DNA of 64,000 nucleotides from Eledone cirrhosa (GCA_964016885.1 OZ024750.1:16306001-16370000); one strand, 5' to 3'. Positions 26,366 to 39,660 are shown, numbered from the stretch's first letter. Translations and numbers: made by a program. The notes: a model not told the origin generated them from the letters alone.

Positions 26366-26510
26366 TTAAAATAACAGATTAAAGTTAAAGCACCGATTCT
26401 TTGCTTAAACTTTAATCTGTTATTTTAATAAATATTTACTCTAGGGTTCTTATATATTTGATATATATTCATCCTTATCGAGCCTTCTTTGGATTTTAGT
26501 CTTCACATTT
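26366..26510 (+). mobile_element. Family G element with a 5' fold-back (26366-26428)
   Basis: Homologous to the reverse complement of 52365-52480 and to 6434-6476. Confidence 0.7.
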
Positions 26511-26518
26511 ATTATTAT

Positions 26519-26576
<58 letters not shown>

Positions 26577-26677
26577 TAAATTGTGTGTTTAAAATTACGA
26601 GGGTTAAGTTACCACGTTGGTTTGACAGATTTAACCTGAAGCAAACGAATATACAATATGAGTTATTAACTCTGCCT

Positions 26678-26749
<72 letters not shown>

Positions 26750-27229
26750 TATATGTACATATGGGTTTGGGGTTTTCTTAATTCTGCTCCGGGGGCTAGC
26801 CTTAAATACGTGATACTTCTTACTGCGCGAAATACCGTCGTTGGATGATAGCTGACGAGGTCATTAAGGTGCTATAGTTATTTTTTATATTACTTTCAAC
26901 TTTTCTCTACTATTTTATATTTATAAATTCTCCATGTCAAATGTTTATTCTCTATCGCTCTCAAACCATCATTTCTACTCTCTCTATATACCCTTTCCAT
27001 CTCTCATCATATACTTTACACTCTATTCGTTTTGTTCTCTCACCCCACGCCCTCTCTCTCTCTTTCTCTTCGTTGAATTTTTTTTATGTCCTGCCGTTCA
27101 TAAGAGGTTATATTTGAACCCGACCCCTTTCCTATTCATAATAGCATCTGGCTGTGTTACAGCTATTTCCAAGTTTGAGATTCCTACAATTTTATGAAAA
27201 GAAATATCTATATATACATACATACATTA

Positions 27230-27521
<292 letters not shown>

Positions 27522-27709
27522 CACACATTTAGACACATATGTCTATGTGGCATGTTTGAGTTAACTTTTATTCTTATAAAACGCTAGTTGAAGATAAAAG
27601 AGAGGAAACGCAACATGGCGGAGATGATATTGTTGAGAATATCTAGAAGAAAAATAAGAAGAAGAATCTTAAAGAGAAAGGCGATAATTATACAAGGCAT
27701 CCATCTTGG

Positions 27710-27847
<138 letters not shown>

Positions 27848-28110
27848 TGTGTGTGTGTATATATATATATTTATATTTATGTGTGTGTATATGTAAAGAT
27901 ATGTATATATATATATTTATATTTATGTGTGTGTGTATGTATATATATATATATATTTATATTTATGTGTATGTGTATGTACGTATATATTTATATATAT
28001 ATATATATATATATACAATGTATATATGTATATATGTATATATATATATATATTTGAATGTCTGTGTATGTATATATATATCCTTACATATACATATATA
28101 TACACATGCA

Positions 28111-28153
<43 letters not shown>

Positions 28154-28157
28154 GCGT

Positions 28158-28202
<45 letters not shown>

Positions 28203-28317
28203 CGCGCGCTTATGTCTATTTCTCGCCAGTTATATTACTATATCACCGTGAGGAAAAAGTAATAAGTAATATTCGTGACTTTTAACAACAATAAACTTTA
28301 TATAGAAATATACACTG

Positions 28318-29660
28318 GTAGTAGTTGTGGTGGTGGTAGTGGTGGTGGTGGTGGTAGTAGTTGTGGTGGAGATGGTGATAGTAGCTGTGGTGGTGGTGGT
28401 AGTGGTGGTGGTGGTGGTAGTAGTTGTGGTGGAGATGGTGATAGTAGCTGTGGTGGTGGTGGTAGTGGTGGAGATGGTGATAGTAGCTGTGGTGGTGGTG
28501 GTGGTAGTGGTGGAGATGGTGATAGTAGTTGTGGTGGTGGTGGTAGTTGTGGTGGTGGTAGTGGTGGTGGTGGTGGTTGTGGTGGAGATGGTGATAGTAG
28601 CTGTGGTGGTGGTGGTTGTGGTGGAGATGGTGATAGTAGCTGTGGTGGTGGCGGTAGTGGTGGAGATGGTGATAGTAGTTGTGGTGGTGGTGGTAGTTGT
28701 GGTGGTGGTAGTGGTTGTGATGGTGGTAGTGGTTGTGGTGGTGGTAGTAGTGGTTGTGGTGGAGATGGTGATAGTAGTTGTGGTGGTGGTGGTAGTTGTG
28801 GTGGTAGTGGTAGTGGTTGTGGTGGTGGTGGTAGTGGTTGTGGTGGTGGTAGTGGTTGTAGTGTTGATGGTAGTAGTTGTGGTGGTGGTGGTAGTAGTTG
28901 TGGTGGTGGTGGTGGTAGTGGTTGTGGTGTTGGTGGTAGTAGTTGTGGTGGTGGTGGTAGTAGTTGTGGTGGTGGTGGTGGTGGTAGTGGTTGTAGTGTT
29001 GATGGTAGTAGTTGTGGTGGTGGTGGTAGTGGTAGTGGTTGTGTTGTTGGTGGTAGTAGTTGTGGTGGTGGTGGTAGTGGTAGTGGTGGTGGTAGTGGTT
29101 GTGGTGTTGGTGGTAGTGGTTGTGGTGTTGGTGGTAGTAGTTGTGGTGGTGGTGGTAGTAGTTGTGGTGGTAGTGGTAGTAGTTGTGGTGGTGGTGGTAG
29201 TAGTTGTGGTGGTGGTAGTGGTTGTGGTGTTGGTGGTAGTAGTTGTGGTGGTGGTAGTAGTAGTTGTGGTGGTAGTGGTAGTGGTTATGGTGGTGGTGGT
29301 GTTGCTGTTATTGCTGATGTTATTGTTAATGATCTCTTGTTATCGTTACCGTTTCTCTTGTTCTTCGTTTTTGTTGTTGATGCTACTGTTGCCGTTGCTC
29401 GTATTTCTGTTGTTGGTAGTGTTGTTGTTGTTGTTAATATTGCTGTTACTGTTTCTCGTATTGTTGTTGATAATGTTGTTGTTGTTGTTGCTGATACTGT
29501 TGATGTTGTTGATTTTGTTGTTGTTGTCATTGTTATTGTTCTTACTGTTTCTCGTATTGTTGCTGATACTGTTGTTGTTGGTAGTGGTACTATTGATGTT
29601 GTTATTGTTGTTGTTGTTGTTGTTGTCGCTGTTGTTGTTATTGTTATTGTTGCTGCTGAC
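28318..29660. repeat. (GGT/AGT/TGT)n complex microsatellite grading into (GTT)n
   Basis: Direct inspection; source of Gly/Ser/Cys-rich and poly-V ORFs. Confidence 0.9.
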
Positions 29661-30299
29661 AGGATTGCTATGGCGTTGTTGAACACGGCTTTGTCTAACA
29701 TTTAGTGATATCAAATTCAAGCTGAAGAACGCTTCAGACTTGAAGCACCAAGTAGGAACCACGTCCTACTGTATAATACCATGAAATGGTTGAGAAATTG
29801 CAACTACTCCACTTATCATTTCACCATTTTCTCTGCACAAGCTTGTCTGTCTTTATATGTGTATGTATGAATGTATATGTATCTTTGTGTAGTAGGTAAG
29901 GGTTGGTTGTGTTCGCCATGCTTGGAAAGGAGATTGAGATTGAAGATAGGAAATTGAAAATCCAGTATCTCCTTCATTTACAAAAAAAATATTTTATATA
30001 TCAATTTCTTTTAGAATATTCTTTGCTTCTGTAATCAACATCCCACGTGATCAAACAAATTAAATTATGGAAATTCAAAAAATTAAATTACTATCTCAGA
30101 ACTGAAAAATTAACACGTGCAAACAGACTTTCTTATTTTATTCGTAGAGAGAAAAAGATAAGAAATTGTTTTCACATGTTTCAAAGCTTGTTGACTGTTC
30201 GTTAGATGAAAAGTATCCTTAAATATGCGTTGACTAATATACAACATGATCGAACAAATAAATTTATGAAAATTCTCTTTTTCTTTTGCTTCTTTTTCA

Positions 30300-30676
30300 T
30301 CGCTCACTTATTCCCGAGAGGGTCGTCTTGAAAGAGCCCCCAAACACTCCTTCCAGCGGTTCTCGTCAGATTCAACCGTCTCCAACTGATCCGGCTATAT
30401 CCTCTAGCGTGACCAGCCAAGCTCAAGGCTGTTATCCCACCATCTTGCTCGGAGTCTACACTGAATCTCCTGCTGGTTGGTTTTGTCCGTAAAATCTGTC
30501 CAGCGATTCTTTCCTGTGACATTCTAACCAAATGCCCATAGTACCGGAGCTGTGATCTCTCAATTCGGAGAAGTAGTGGCTCTACCTGGAGTGACTCTCT
30601 CATCTCTGAGTTACGCACTTTATCGTGTAACGTTACTCCAAAGACCCTTCTGATGAATCCCATTTCGGCCGCTTGT
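30300..30676 (-). pseudogene. 3' part of an RTE-clade LINE ORF
   Basis: QAAEMGFIRRVFGVTLHDKVRNSEMRESLQVEPLLLRIERSQLRYYGHLVRMSQERIA matches the typical post-RT RTE motif (EM..LR...G.T..D..RN...R....L.W.GH..RM). Confidence 0.85.
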
Positions 30677-31209
30677 TAAATTCATATATCAGAACCGAAA
30701 AATTAACAAGTGTAAACACACTTTGCTATTCTCTTCGTACACAGAAAAACAAAATATAAACGATTCCTTTTACATGTTGACTATTCACAAGAAGTCAAGA
30801 ATCCTTTTGCTTCCGCCTACGGAATGACCCTATAGCAATTACTATTTATGTGAAATACAAATCAGAACTAAACTTTTATTATCAGCCTAATTTACATGAA
30901 GTGTGTCTTTTGTAAATTCAATTAATTAAATTATAAATATATATATATATGAACAACAAAAACGTACTATTACATCAGGAAATCCAACATACATTTTCTG
31001 TATGTCAGACATAACCAAAGCCCTAGGACTTACAAATATATACAATATACATAAAATAGCCCTGCCAGGCAGTGCACACATATCATGAAGTGTAGTCTCT
31101 ATACAATATAAACAACAACACCAAAAACGACACAGCATATACCCAAGGCGAACAGAGCTGTGCTTGATAATGCAGTGACAACAATAAAAATAAGACTATT
31201 ACTACTAAT

Positions 31210-31393
31210 AATGGTTTCTGCTTTTAACACAAGGCCAGCAATTATCCCAGTGCATTACTGATACTTTATTTTATCGACCCCGTAAGGATGAAAGGCAAAG
31301 TTAACCTCGGCGGGATTTAAACTCAGAACGTAAATGGCCGTAACTCTGTGCTGCAAAGCATGGCGCCCGACCCTCTACCGATACTGCCAATCC
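31210..31393 (-). mobile_element. SINE family 1
   Basis: Full consensus. Confidence 0.85.
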
Positions 31394-31804
31394 AATAATA
31401 ATTTCAAAACAGAAGGTTCACAGGACAAAGACAACGGAAAAAATAATGAAAAAAAGGACAGTCCCATCTCTTCAGTCAACCTTTGGAAATCACTACAGTT
31501 TCGACACATTAATGGTTGATACTATTCATTTCACTGCACAATGAGACATAAATAAACAGATAAAGGCAAAGGCAGTACAAGTTATACCGTTCGGTAAATT
31601 ACACAAATAAATGAGAAAAATTGCTATAAATAAATATATATATATATATGAATACTTATCTCATTAATCCTGACATCATCTGATATAAACATTTACCAAT
31701 CAAATGTTAAGATCATTGATTAAATACCCATAAAACTAACCATTGAACTATAAAGTTTCATTGGTTCCTATGTATTGACATTTTGTTATTGTTCTCAACC
31801 ATAT

Positions 31805-31844
<40 letters not shown>

Positions 31845-32045
31845 TATTATTATCATCATCATCATTAGTTTTTTTGTTATTAATATGACTAGCTGACTCT
31901 ATTGGAATTATATAGTTTTATTAGAAAAAAAATCACCAAGTTTTAAAGATCATTATGACATTTTAAATGTTTTATTTATCAGCTATATATATATATATGT
32001 ATGTATGTATGTGTGTGTGTGTGTGAGAGAGAGAGTGTGTGAATG

Positions 32046-32116
<71 letters not shown>

Positions 32117-32348
32117 CATACATACATACAAATATAAATTCACCGAGAATCGCATTTTGGCGGGTAGAAAAAGCGAAACGTAACGCAAATTCCGAGTCAT
32201 GCTGGCAAGCGCTCCATGGGCTAAAAGGCCAGAGCAATAAACATAGGTTATAAAGGCCATACAAACTGAGAAGGCGGTTAAGAAGCCATTAACCACCTAA
32301 GCCAAAAAACAAGTCAAGCTAAACAGGTCAGAGAAAATAAATGACATA

Positions 32349-32394
<46 letters not shown>

Positions 32395-32515
32395 TAAGAG
32401 GAATTCCAACTTTGTCTGATTTACTCGTTTTATTTACAATCCTTTAAAATATATATAATATAATATGGTATTATAATGAAATAGTATGATAGAATATTAA
32501 ATTCTAAGTGTCAAT

Positions 32516-32554
32516 TGAACAAGTACTTTCATGCTTTCGCAATCTTCAGGTTCA
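32516..32554 (-). ncRNA. Minimal type-I hammerhead ribozyme, family D (mirror copy)
   Basis: Reverse complement of 32704-32742. Confidence 0.65.
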
Positions 32555-32583
32555 TGATATGTGGTGACAGTCGAGTTTGCAAT

Positions 32584-32670
32584 GTCCACCAGGGCTCTGT
32601 TCTTAGCCCTCTCCTGTTTATTATAGTATTGCAGGCTATAACAGAACAGTTTAAGACCTGATGCCCAGTT
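32584..32670 (+). pseudogene. LINE reverse-transcriptase fragment (RTE-like)
   Basis: VHQGSVLSPLLFIIVLQAITEQFKT contains the non-LTR RT motif QG..LSP.LF. Confidence 0.8.
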
Positions 32671-32703
32671 GAAAATTGCAAACTCGACTGTCACCACATA
32701 TCA

Positions 32704-32742
32704 TGAACCTGAAGATTGCGAAAGCATGAAAGTACTTGTTCA
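32704..32742 (+). ncRNA. Minimal type-I hammerhead ribozyme, family D
   Basis: TGAAC-CTGAAGA-tTGC gaaa GCAt-GAAA-GTAC-TT-GTTCA; stem III is the palindrome AGTACT. Confidence 0.7.
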
Positions 32743-32957
32743 ATTAACACTTAGAATTTAATATTCTATCATACTATTTCATTATAATACCATATTATAT
32801 TATATATATATTTTAAAGGATTGTAAATAAAACGAGTAAATCAGACAAAGTTGGAATTCCTCTTATTATTATAATCTTTTATACACAATCATACACACCC
32901 GTGTATATTTACCTATCTATATCTATCTATCTATATATATATATATATATATATATG

Positions 32958-33110
32958 TTGTCTTTACACACGGCACTCGACAAGATTGTTTCTTTCTTCA
33001 TTCACTCTCATCCGGGAACAGTTTTGTATGGCGCCAGTTTGAGATTTGAACTCGGGAATTTTATATTCTCCGAGCGAGAAGAATCTTCTGACGAGTGTCC
33101 CCTTCTCTTG

Positions 33111-33145
<35 letters not shown>

Positions 33146-33391
33146 TTAGAAACACACAGATACATGCGGACACACACATATATACATGAATGCATCCGCA
33201 CCCAACTGTGAGTTAAGGGTGCCAATATATATATAAAATCAAGAGAAGGGGACACTCGTCAGAAGATTCTTCTCGCTCGGAGAATATAAAATTCCCGAGT
33301 TCAAATCTCAAACTGGCGCCATACAAAACTGTTCCCGGATGAGAGTGAATGAAGAAAGAAACAATCTTGTCGAGTGCCGTGTGTAAAGACA
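32958..33391. mobile_element. Fold-back element family J (arms about 32958-33120 and 33229-33391)
   Basis: About 160-bp perfect inverted arms separated by a TA/CA-rich spacer. Confidence 0.85.
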
Positions 33392-33459
33392 GAAGGTAAG
33401 GGCGGGCAGGTCAATGTCCTGTCACTAGAAATAGCAGCAGTTCAAACGACCAAATGTTA

Positions 33460-33510
<51 letters not shown>

Positions 33511-33707
33511 TATATATATAACTATATATATACACATATATATATGGGAGTAAAACAAAATAATTCGGCCTTGTCATTACCACCCCCACTGTTCCCTAGC
33601 TCTCTCTGTCTTTCACTCACTCATTCCCTCTCACACACTCTCTCTTTCACATACATACTCATTCGGTAACTCCCTCAGTCGCACACACACACACACACAG
33701 ACACACA

Positions 33708-33818
<111 letters not shown>

Positions 33819-33860
33819 GTATATGTATGTATATATATATGTATGTATATATATATATGG

Positions 33861-33893
<33 letters not shown>

Positions 33894-33952
33894 TGTATGT
33901 ATATATATATATATATGTATGTGTGTGTATATATATATATATGAATGTACGA

Positions 33953-34077
33953 GTATGTATAGTATATTTGGCAATATACCGTATGTTTAATTAAAAACAT
34001 TTAGAAGACCATAGCGTATGGTCTTCTAAATGTTTTTAATTAAACATACGGTATATTGGCAAATATACTATACATAC
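33953..34077. repeat. Fold-back inverted repeat, about 61-bp arms, 3-nt loop at 34014-34016
   Basis: ...catttagaagaccata gcg tatggtcttctaaatg... Confidence 0.9.
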
Positions 34078-34112
34078 ATTCATGTATACATCGCTATTTC
34101 AGAGCACCAATC

Positions 34113-34164
<52 letters not shown>

Positions 34165-34332
34165 TACTATTACTATATATATATATATTATATATATATA
34201 TATTACTCCAATAATTTGTTGGGTGCTTTATAAAAATATTTTTAAGCATGTTGTATCCAAACAAATTAAATATAACCTCTGCATATATATATATATATAT
34301 ATAGTTATGTAATAAACAACATAAGGCAATTA

Positions 34333-34393
34333 TTTCATTTACCAGTGGTTTCTTGAAAGCAAACAAATTTTGCTTTCAATCATCAGAATGAAA
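34333..34393 (-). ncRNA. Type-I hammerhead ribozyme, family C (mirror copy)
   Basis: Reverse complement of 34458-34518. Confidence 0.8.
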
Positions 34394-34457
34394 AATTCCT
34401 GGTGTATTTATTGACATTGGATTTTAAAATCCAATGTCAATAAATACACCAGGAATT

Positions 34458-34518
34458 TTTCATTCTGATGATTGAAAGCAAAATTTGTTTGCTTTCAAGA
34501 AACCACTGGTAAATGAAA
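34458..34518 (+). ncRNA. Type-I hammerhead ribozyme, family C
   Basis: Stem I TTTCATT/AATGAAA, CTGATGA 34465, 11-bp stem II TTGAAAGCAAA/TTTGCTTTCAA, GAAA 34499, stem III ACCA-C-TGGT, GUA cleavage triplet ending at 34511. Confidence 0.85.
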
Positions 34519-34584
34519 TAATTGCCTTATGTTCTTTATTACATAACTATTAAGCTCTTTAACCTACATAGAGCGGAATTACTT

Positions 34585-34619
<35 letters not shown>

Positions 34620-34671
34620 TCGGACCGAGGAAATAATGGTTCCATCAGTCTTTCCAATTATATACATATAT

Positions 34672-34750
<79 letters not shown>

Positions 34751-35384
34751 CATGGAAAGTTAATGCAGCTTTGTAGATTGTATCTTTGGTGTAAGAAAAG
34801 AGTTAAAATTTCTTTTGGAGTGTCTTGAAGTCAAAGAATTCATTTAACCACACAAGTGTCTTCACTGTCTTCAGTCTATCCAGAGTGTTCAGTCTCTACA
34901 ATTGTCTTCGGTTCTTCCAACCTATAAGTCTAGTCTCTAATTAAGTCATTCTTCAAGTGTCATTTAGAAGTATCACTTTATCACTTTATCACTTTATCAC
35001 CTTATCTCTTTATCTCTTTATCTCTTTCAGAAAAGGAATTTTCATTATAACCATTTCATTCCCTAGATACAATACAACAACAACAACAGCAACAACAATA
35101 GCAACAACAACAACAAAAACAACAACTAGGAATTATAGGTCTTCTTATCAATGAGAAATATTTCCATTTTCCCGCCTTTCTCAGTAACAATAACCATATA
35201 GAACAGATTTAATCAAAAATGGACGCTTGGATGTGGTGTTGAGTAATCAGGAGCTTAATTTGAATGCAAGGGAAGGGACCTCCGTCGCGTTTGAAGATGA
35301 GTAGGTCAGTTGTTCGGTGAAACGTCCTGTTGATGTAATGAAATGTGAAAGTGACTGAGTATTTCACATTCACGTTTACCTTAA

Positions 35385-35607
35385 CCCTTTAGCATTCACA
35401 TTACTTTACATATATATACTATTGTATTTTCGTGGTAAACACTTTAGCTCACATAATTATCTTACATATCGAAATCTATGAGATTTTGATATAATTTATT
35501 TTGAGAACAATACTTTAACGTCAGCATGAGTAGCCAGTTACGGCCGGTTTGAACAGAAAGAGGTGAGAGAATTCTGGCCGATTATGGGTGGTTTAAATGC
35601 TAAAGGG
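35385..35607. mobile_element. piggyBac-type MITE
   Basis: TTAA TSD, TIRs CCCTTTAGCATT / AATGCTAAAGGG; second copy inverted at 46944-47164. Confidence 0.85.
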
Positions 35608-35711
35608 TTAAACGTAGTTCCCAAGGAGAGTCAAAATATAAGCTGGACATTTGACTGACAGGTAGAGTCCATATTATACTATACATTATATGGGGTGGTG
35701 GATTGTCCAAG

Positions 35712-35903
35712 GGGCGGTAGATTGGCAGTATCGGTAGAGTGTCGGACGCCATTCTTTGACGCATAGAGTTACGGTCTTTGCCATTCTGAGTTCAAATCCC
35801 GCCGAGGTTAATTTTTGCCTTTCTTTCTTACAAGGTCGATAAAATAAAGTACCAGTAATGTACTGGGTAATTGCTGGCCTTGTACCAAAAGTAGAAACAA
35901 TTA
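35712..35903 (+). mobile_element. SINE family 1
   Basis: Full consensus. Confidence 0.85.
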
Positions 35904-36139
35904 TACATTATATGGCTGAGTATTCCAGAGGTTTTTCTATATTCAAAGTAACTCTCAGTGTGATTCAATGATTCAATGTAGAAAGGTGTGTGAGAAGATT
36001 GACCCTTTGAATTACAGCTACTGTCCATCTTGTACTTAGGCTGAATATTCTACAGAGACATGTACCTGTAACGTAATTCTCAGGGAGATTCAGTTTGATA
36101 CATTGTGTGACTTGGCAAAATAGTCTGTCTTAAGCCATT

Positions 36140-36355
36140 TAAAGTTTGTTAGGCTGGTGCTTATCCCGGTTTCATGGCGTGAAGCGACTGAGAGTACAAG
36201 ACTCCCCCCACTGTAGAGGACGCCAGTCCATCGTAGAGTTACACCCCCAGCTATTGCTGGTACTCATTTCAGCTGAGTATACTGGAGTAACGTGAAATGA
36301 AGTGTTTTGCTCAAGAACACAACACACAACCCAGCCCAGGAATCGAACCCACGAC
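36140..36355 (-). mobile_element. SINE related to family 2 (body)
   Basis: actggagtaacgtgaaatgaagtgttttgctcaagaacacaacac...aggaatcgaacccac matches the family 2 head on the minus strand. Confidence 0.65.
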
Positions 36356-36359
36356 ATTA

Positions 36360-36775
36360 ATGTGGTGGTGGTGGTAGTGGTGATGGTTGTGGTGATGGTG
36401 GTGGTGATGGTGGCAGCGGTGGTATTGGTGGTAGTGATGGTAGTGGTAGTGGTAGTGGTGCTGGTGGTGCTGGTGGTGATGGTAATGGTGATGGTGGGGT
36501 TGGTGGTGGTGATGGTGTTGATGGCGGTGTTGATGGTGGTGTGGTGGTGGTGGTGATGGTGGTAGTGATGGTGGTGGTGGTGCTGGTGGTAATGGCGGCG
36601 GCGGTGATACTGGTGGTGGTGGTGGTGGTGGTGGTGGTGGTGATGTTGGTGATGTTGGTGGCGGTGTTGGTGGTAGTGATGGTGTTGGTGGCGGTGGTGA
36701 TGGTAGTGGTGGTGGTGATGGTGGTGGTGAAGATGGTGGTGGGGTATGTGAGTGTGGTGGTGTTGGTGGTGTTGT
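36360..36775. repeat. (TGG/TGA)n complex microsatellite
   Basis: Direct inspection. Confidence 0.95.
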
Positions 36776-37185
36776 GTGCTTTTATTTGTGATGATGAGTA
36801 ATGAAGATAAAAAAAAAACATAAACAATGAAGAACATTTCAATCACAAATGCATATTTCGATCTAAACTGAATCAGAACCGGTTTCGATTAGGAAGTGAA
36901 ACCTAATCGCACACAAATCTATTGATTATTTATCGTATTTTATATATTTTCTTTATATTCTTTCCATGTTTCAATTAATTTTACTATAATATTTTACCTT
37001 TATTTTATACATATTTGATTATTTATTATACTTTATTCTATTTTTTTCAGTTTTTTAATTTATCAGATTTTAATTTTTTTATTCTGTATATTTTTATTCA
37101 TTTTATCTTTAATTTGTATCTGTTTGTTTATTTCAATTATTTCTGTTGTTATTTTTACTTCCTTTTATTAAATTTTCTTTGTGTT

Positions 37186-37228
<43 letters not shown>

Positions 37229-37414
37229 AAATTATATATATATATATATATATATACATATATGTATATATATATATATATTATATATGTATATATATAT
37301 ATATATATATATACATATATGTATATATATAGATATATATATATACATAAATATATGTATATATATATACATAAATATATGTATATATATATACATAAAT
37401 ATATATATATATAC

Positions 37415-37449
<35 letters not shown>

Positions 37450-37496
37450 CATATATGTATATATATATACATAAATATATATATATATACATATAC

Positions 37497-37563
<67 letters not shown>

Positions 37564-37630
37564 TATATATATATATAAATGGAATAGAATGAAACGAAAT
37601 TTCATTTCTCACTCTTAGTACGGCACTTAC

Positions 37631-37752
<122 letters not shown>

Positions 37753-37776
37753 GTATATATATATATATACATACAT

Positions 37777-37844
<68 letters not shown>

Positions 37845-38139
37845 ATGTATGAATATGTATCTATATGCATATATAATTTTTGTGGGAAGTATATTGTAAA
37901 GAATGGACAATATATGCGGTCATGTTAGGCTCTATTGAACCGGAAAATTACTATAATTGGGTTAGGTTAAGAAAGATTATTTCTTTATATTAATATTGTA
38001 ATGAATCCACCATAATGAATATAAAATGAACTTAACTAGTTTTGAATGAAAGACACCATGTGATAATTATTTACTAACATATTGGTATTATAGATTTTAT
38101 AAATCTATAATACCAATCCCATAAAAGGCAACCATTATT

Positions 38140-38328
38140 CGGTGGATTGGCAGTATCAGTAGAGGGTCGGACGCCATGCTTTGACGCATAGAGTTACGGC
38201 CGTTATCATTCTGAGTTCAAATCCCGCCGAGGTTAACTTTGCCTTTCATCCTTACGGGGTCGATAAAATAAAGTACCAGTAATGTACTGGTAATTGCTGG
38301 CCTTGTGCCAAAAGTAGAAACAATTATT
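38140..38328 (+). mobile_element. SINE family 1
   Basis: Full consensus. Confidence 0.85.
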
Positions 38329-38439
38329 ACTATAGATTATTTACTAAAAATCACGGCATTAAATAAAGAGATAGATAAAATAAAAAGATAAATGAAATAA
38401 AAGGATAAGTTCCGTTACTCATATCCTTTTCTTATCCTT

Positions 38440-38605
38440 CTTCTTCTTTTTCTTCTTCTCCGGCAAGCGAGATTAACCGAGCTCATGGATGTTATCCAAC
38501 TATCATGTTCGGGGTCTCCCCTGGGTCTCCTGCCTGTAAAATCTGTCCAGCGATTCTTTCCTGAGACATTCTAACCACATATCCGTAATATCGGAGCTGT
38601 GATCC
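38440..38605 (-). pseudogene. RTE LINE 3' fragment, same family as 30300-30676
   Basis: Shares gtaaaatctgtccagcgattctttcctg.gacattctaacca with 30489-30531; (AGA)n-type tail at 38437-38459. Confidence 0.75.
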
Positions 38606-39190
38606 CTCTGGTATCCGAGCTACTCTTTCTATCGACCTATATATATTATAAAGGTCTCTAATGCCCACCTGTAAAGGTGAAGAAATTAAAGGTCAGGAGT
38701 GATCACATTAAAATACCTCGTCATGTTATTTTAGTTATGAGGCTGCTGCGTACCATTAATACAACTTAAGTCATTTGTAAATTCAATGCAGGCATGAAAA
38801 GAAATTTATTTCTCTGCATTTAATTTTTTTCTCTGCGTGGCTGGCAGCTACAGGAAGCAGTATGGCTAATCAAACATCCGGCTAACATTAAAATAAAAAT
38901 ATTCTGGCTGAGTTAGAGTTCGAGTAGTTGTTTTATACGTATGTTGTTATGCCTTGCATATATGGTGTCTCACTGAAATATATCTATAGAGAGGTATGAC
39001 CATTGACAGTGACATGTTGGTGAAGGTATGTTGTAAGTTTTGCTTGGATGTATTGACCCAACACTCGTGAAGCAGTTTATAGGGTAGCCGTCGGAACATA
39101 TGCCATGTCTTCGGTATTTTAGACATGGCAGAACCCAGTTCCCTCAGCGAGTCTGTAAACAGTAGATTTCTTCCAGCGATATATATATAT

Positions 39191-39284
39191 AGGGTGTCCC
39201 CCAAAATATATACACACTTCATCAGCATTCTAATAAATAGTGCATGTACAGGTAATCAAAGTGTGTGTACATTTTTTGGGAGAA

Positions 39285-39287
<3 letters not shown>
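39191..39287. mobile_element. Tiny Tc1/mariner-type MITE in (TA)n
   Basis: Imperfect TIRs agggtgtcccccaaaatatatacacactt / aagtgtgtgtacattttttgggagaacct; TA flanks. Confidence 0.55.
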
Positions 39288-39340
<53 letters not shown>

Positions 39341-39626
39341 AAAGTTTTATTTAAGATTGTTGGGTTACAACGAGTCAGTTATATATATAACGAAATAAAT
39401 ATGGTTTTATAAATATAGTTTCCATTTGTTTAATATCGTATATATATATATATATATATATAAAAATCCCGGATTCAATCGGGGGTAACCACAGTAAGTA
39501 AGGTACTCAATACATTAGTAGAGTATATACAACACAATTTAATATAGAAATGGCTTCTACAAGACTAGAACTGTATATTTCTATTAATATATTGAATTTT
39601 GTTATACACACACATACATATATATA

Positions 39627-39660
<34 letters not shown>

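Larger units (their letters stand above)
32392..32868. mobile_element. Fold-back element family D (arms 32392-32583 and 32675-32868) with an RT-derived spacer
   Basis: About 192-bp near-perfect inverted arms. Confidence 0.85.
34301..34550. mobile_element. Fold-back element family C: 125-bp arms, no loop, axis 34425/34426
   Basis: Perfect palindrome except one mismatch near the outer end; left end abuts (TA)n. Confidence 0.9.

Noticed and set aside
28275-29705. 476-aa Gly/Ser/Cys-rich ORF resembling loricrin or keratin-associated proteins
   Set aside because: It lies wholly in a (GGT/AGT/TGT)n repeat, an overlapping frame is equally open, it has a non-ATG start, and no splice or promoter support is visible.
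36870-36915. GATTAGG..CCTAATC-GAAA-CCGG-TT on the minus strand
   Set aside because: The 5' core is absent (TGTGCGA); possibly decayed but not supportable.
38947-39180. Non-repetitive minus-strand ORF segment (AGRNLLFTDSLRELGSAMSK...)
   Set aside because: I recognise no motif; probably an old transposon fragment, and BLASTX is needed.
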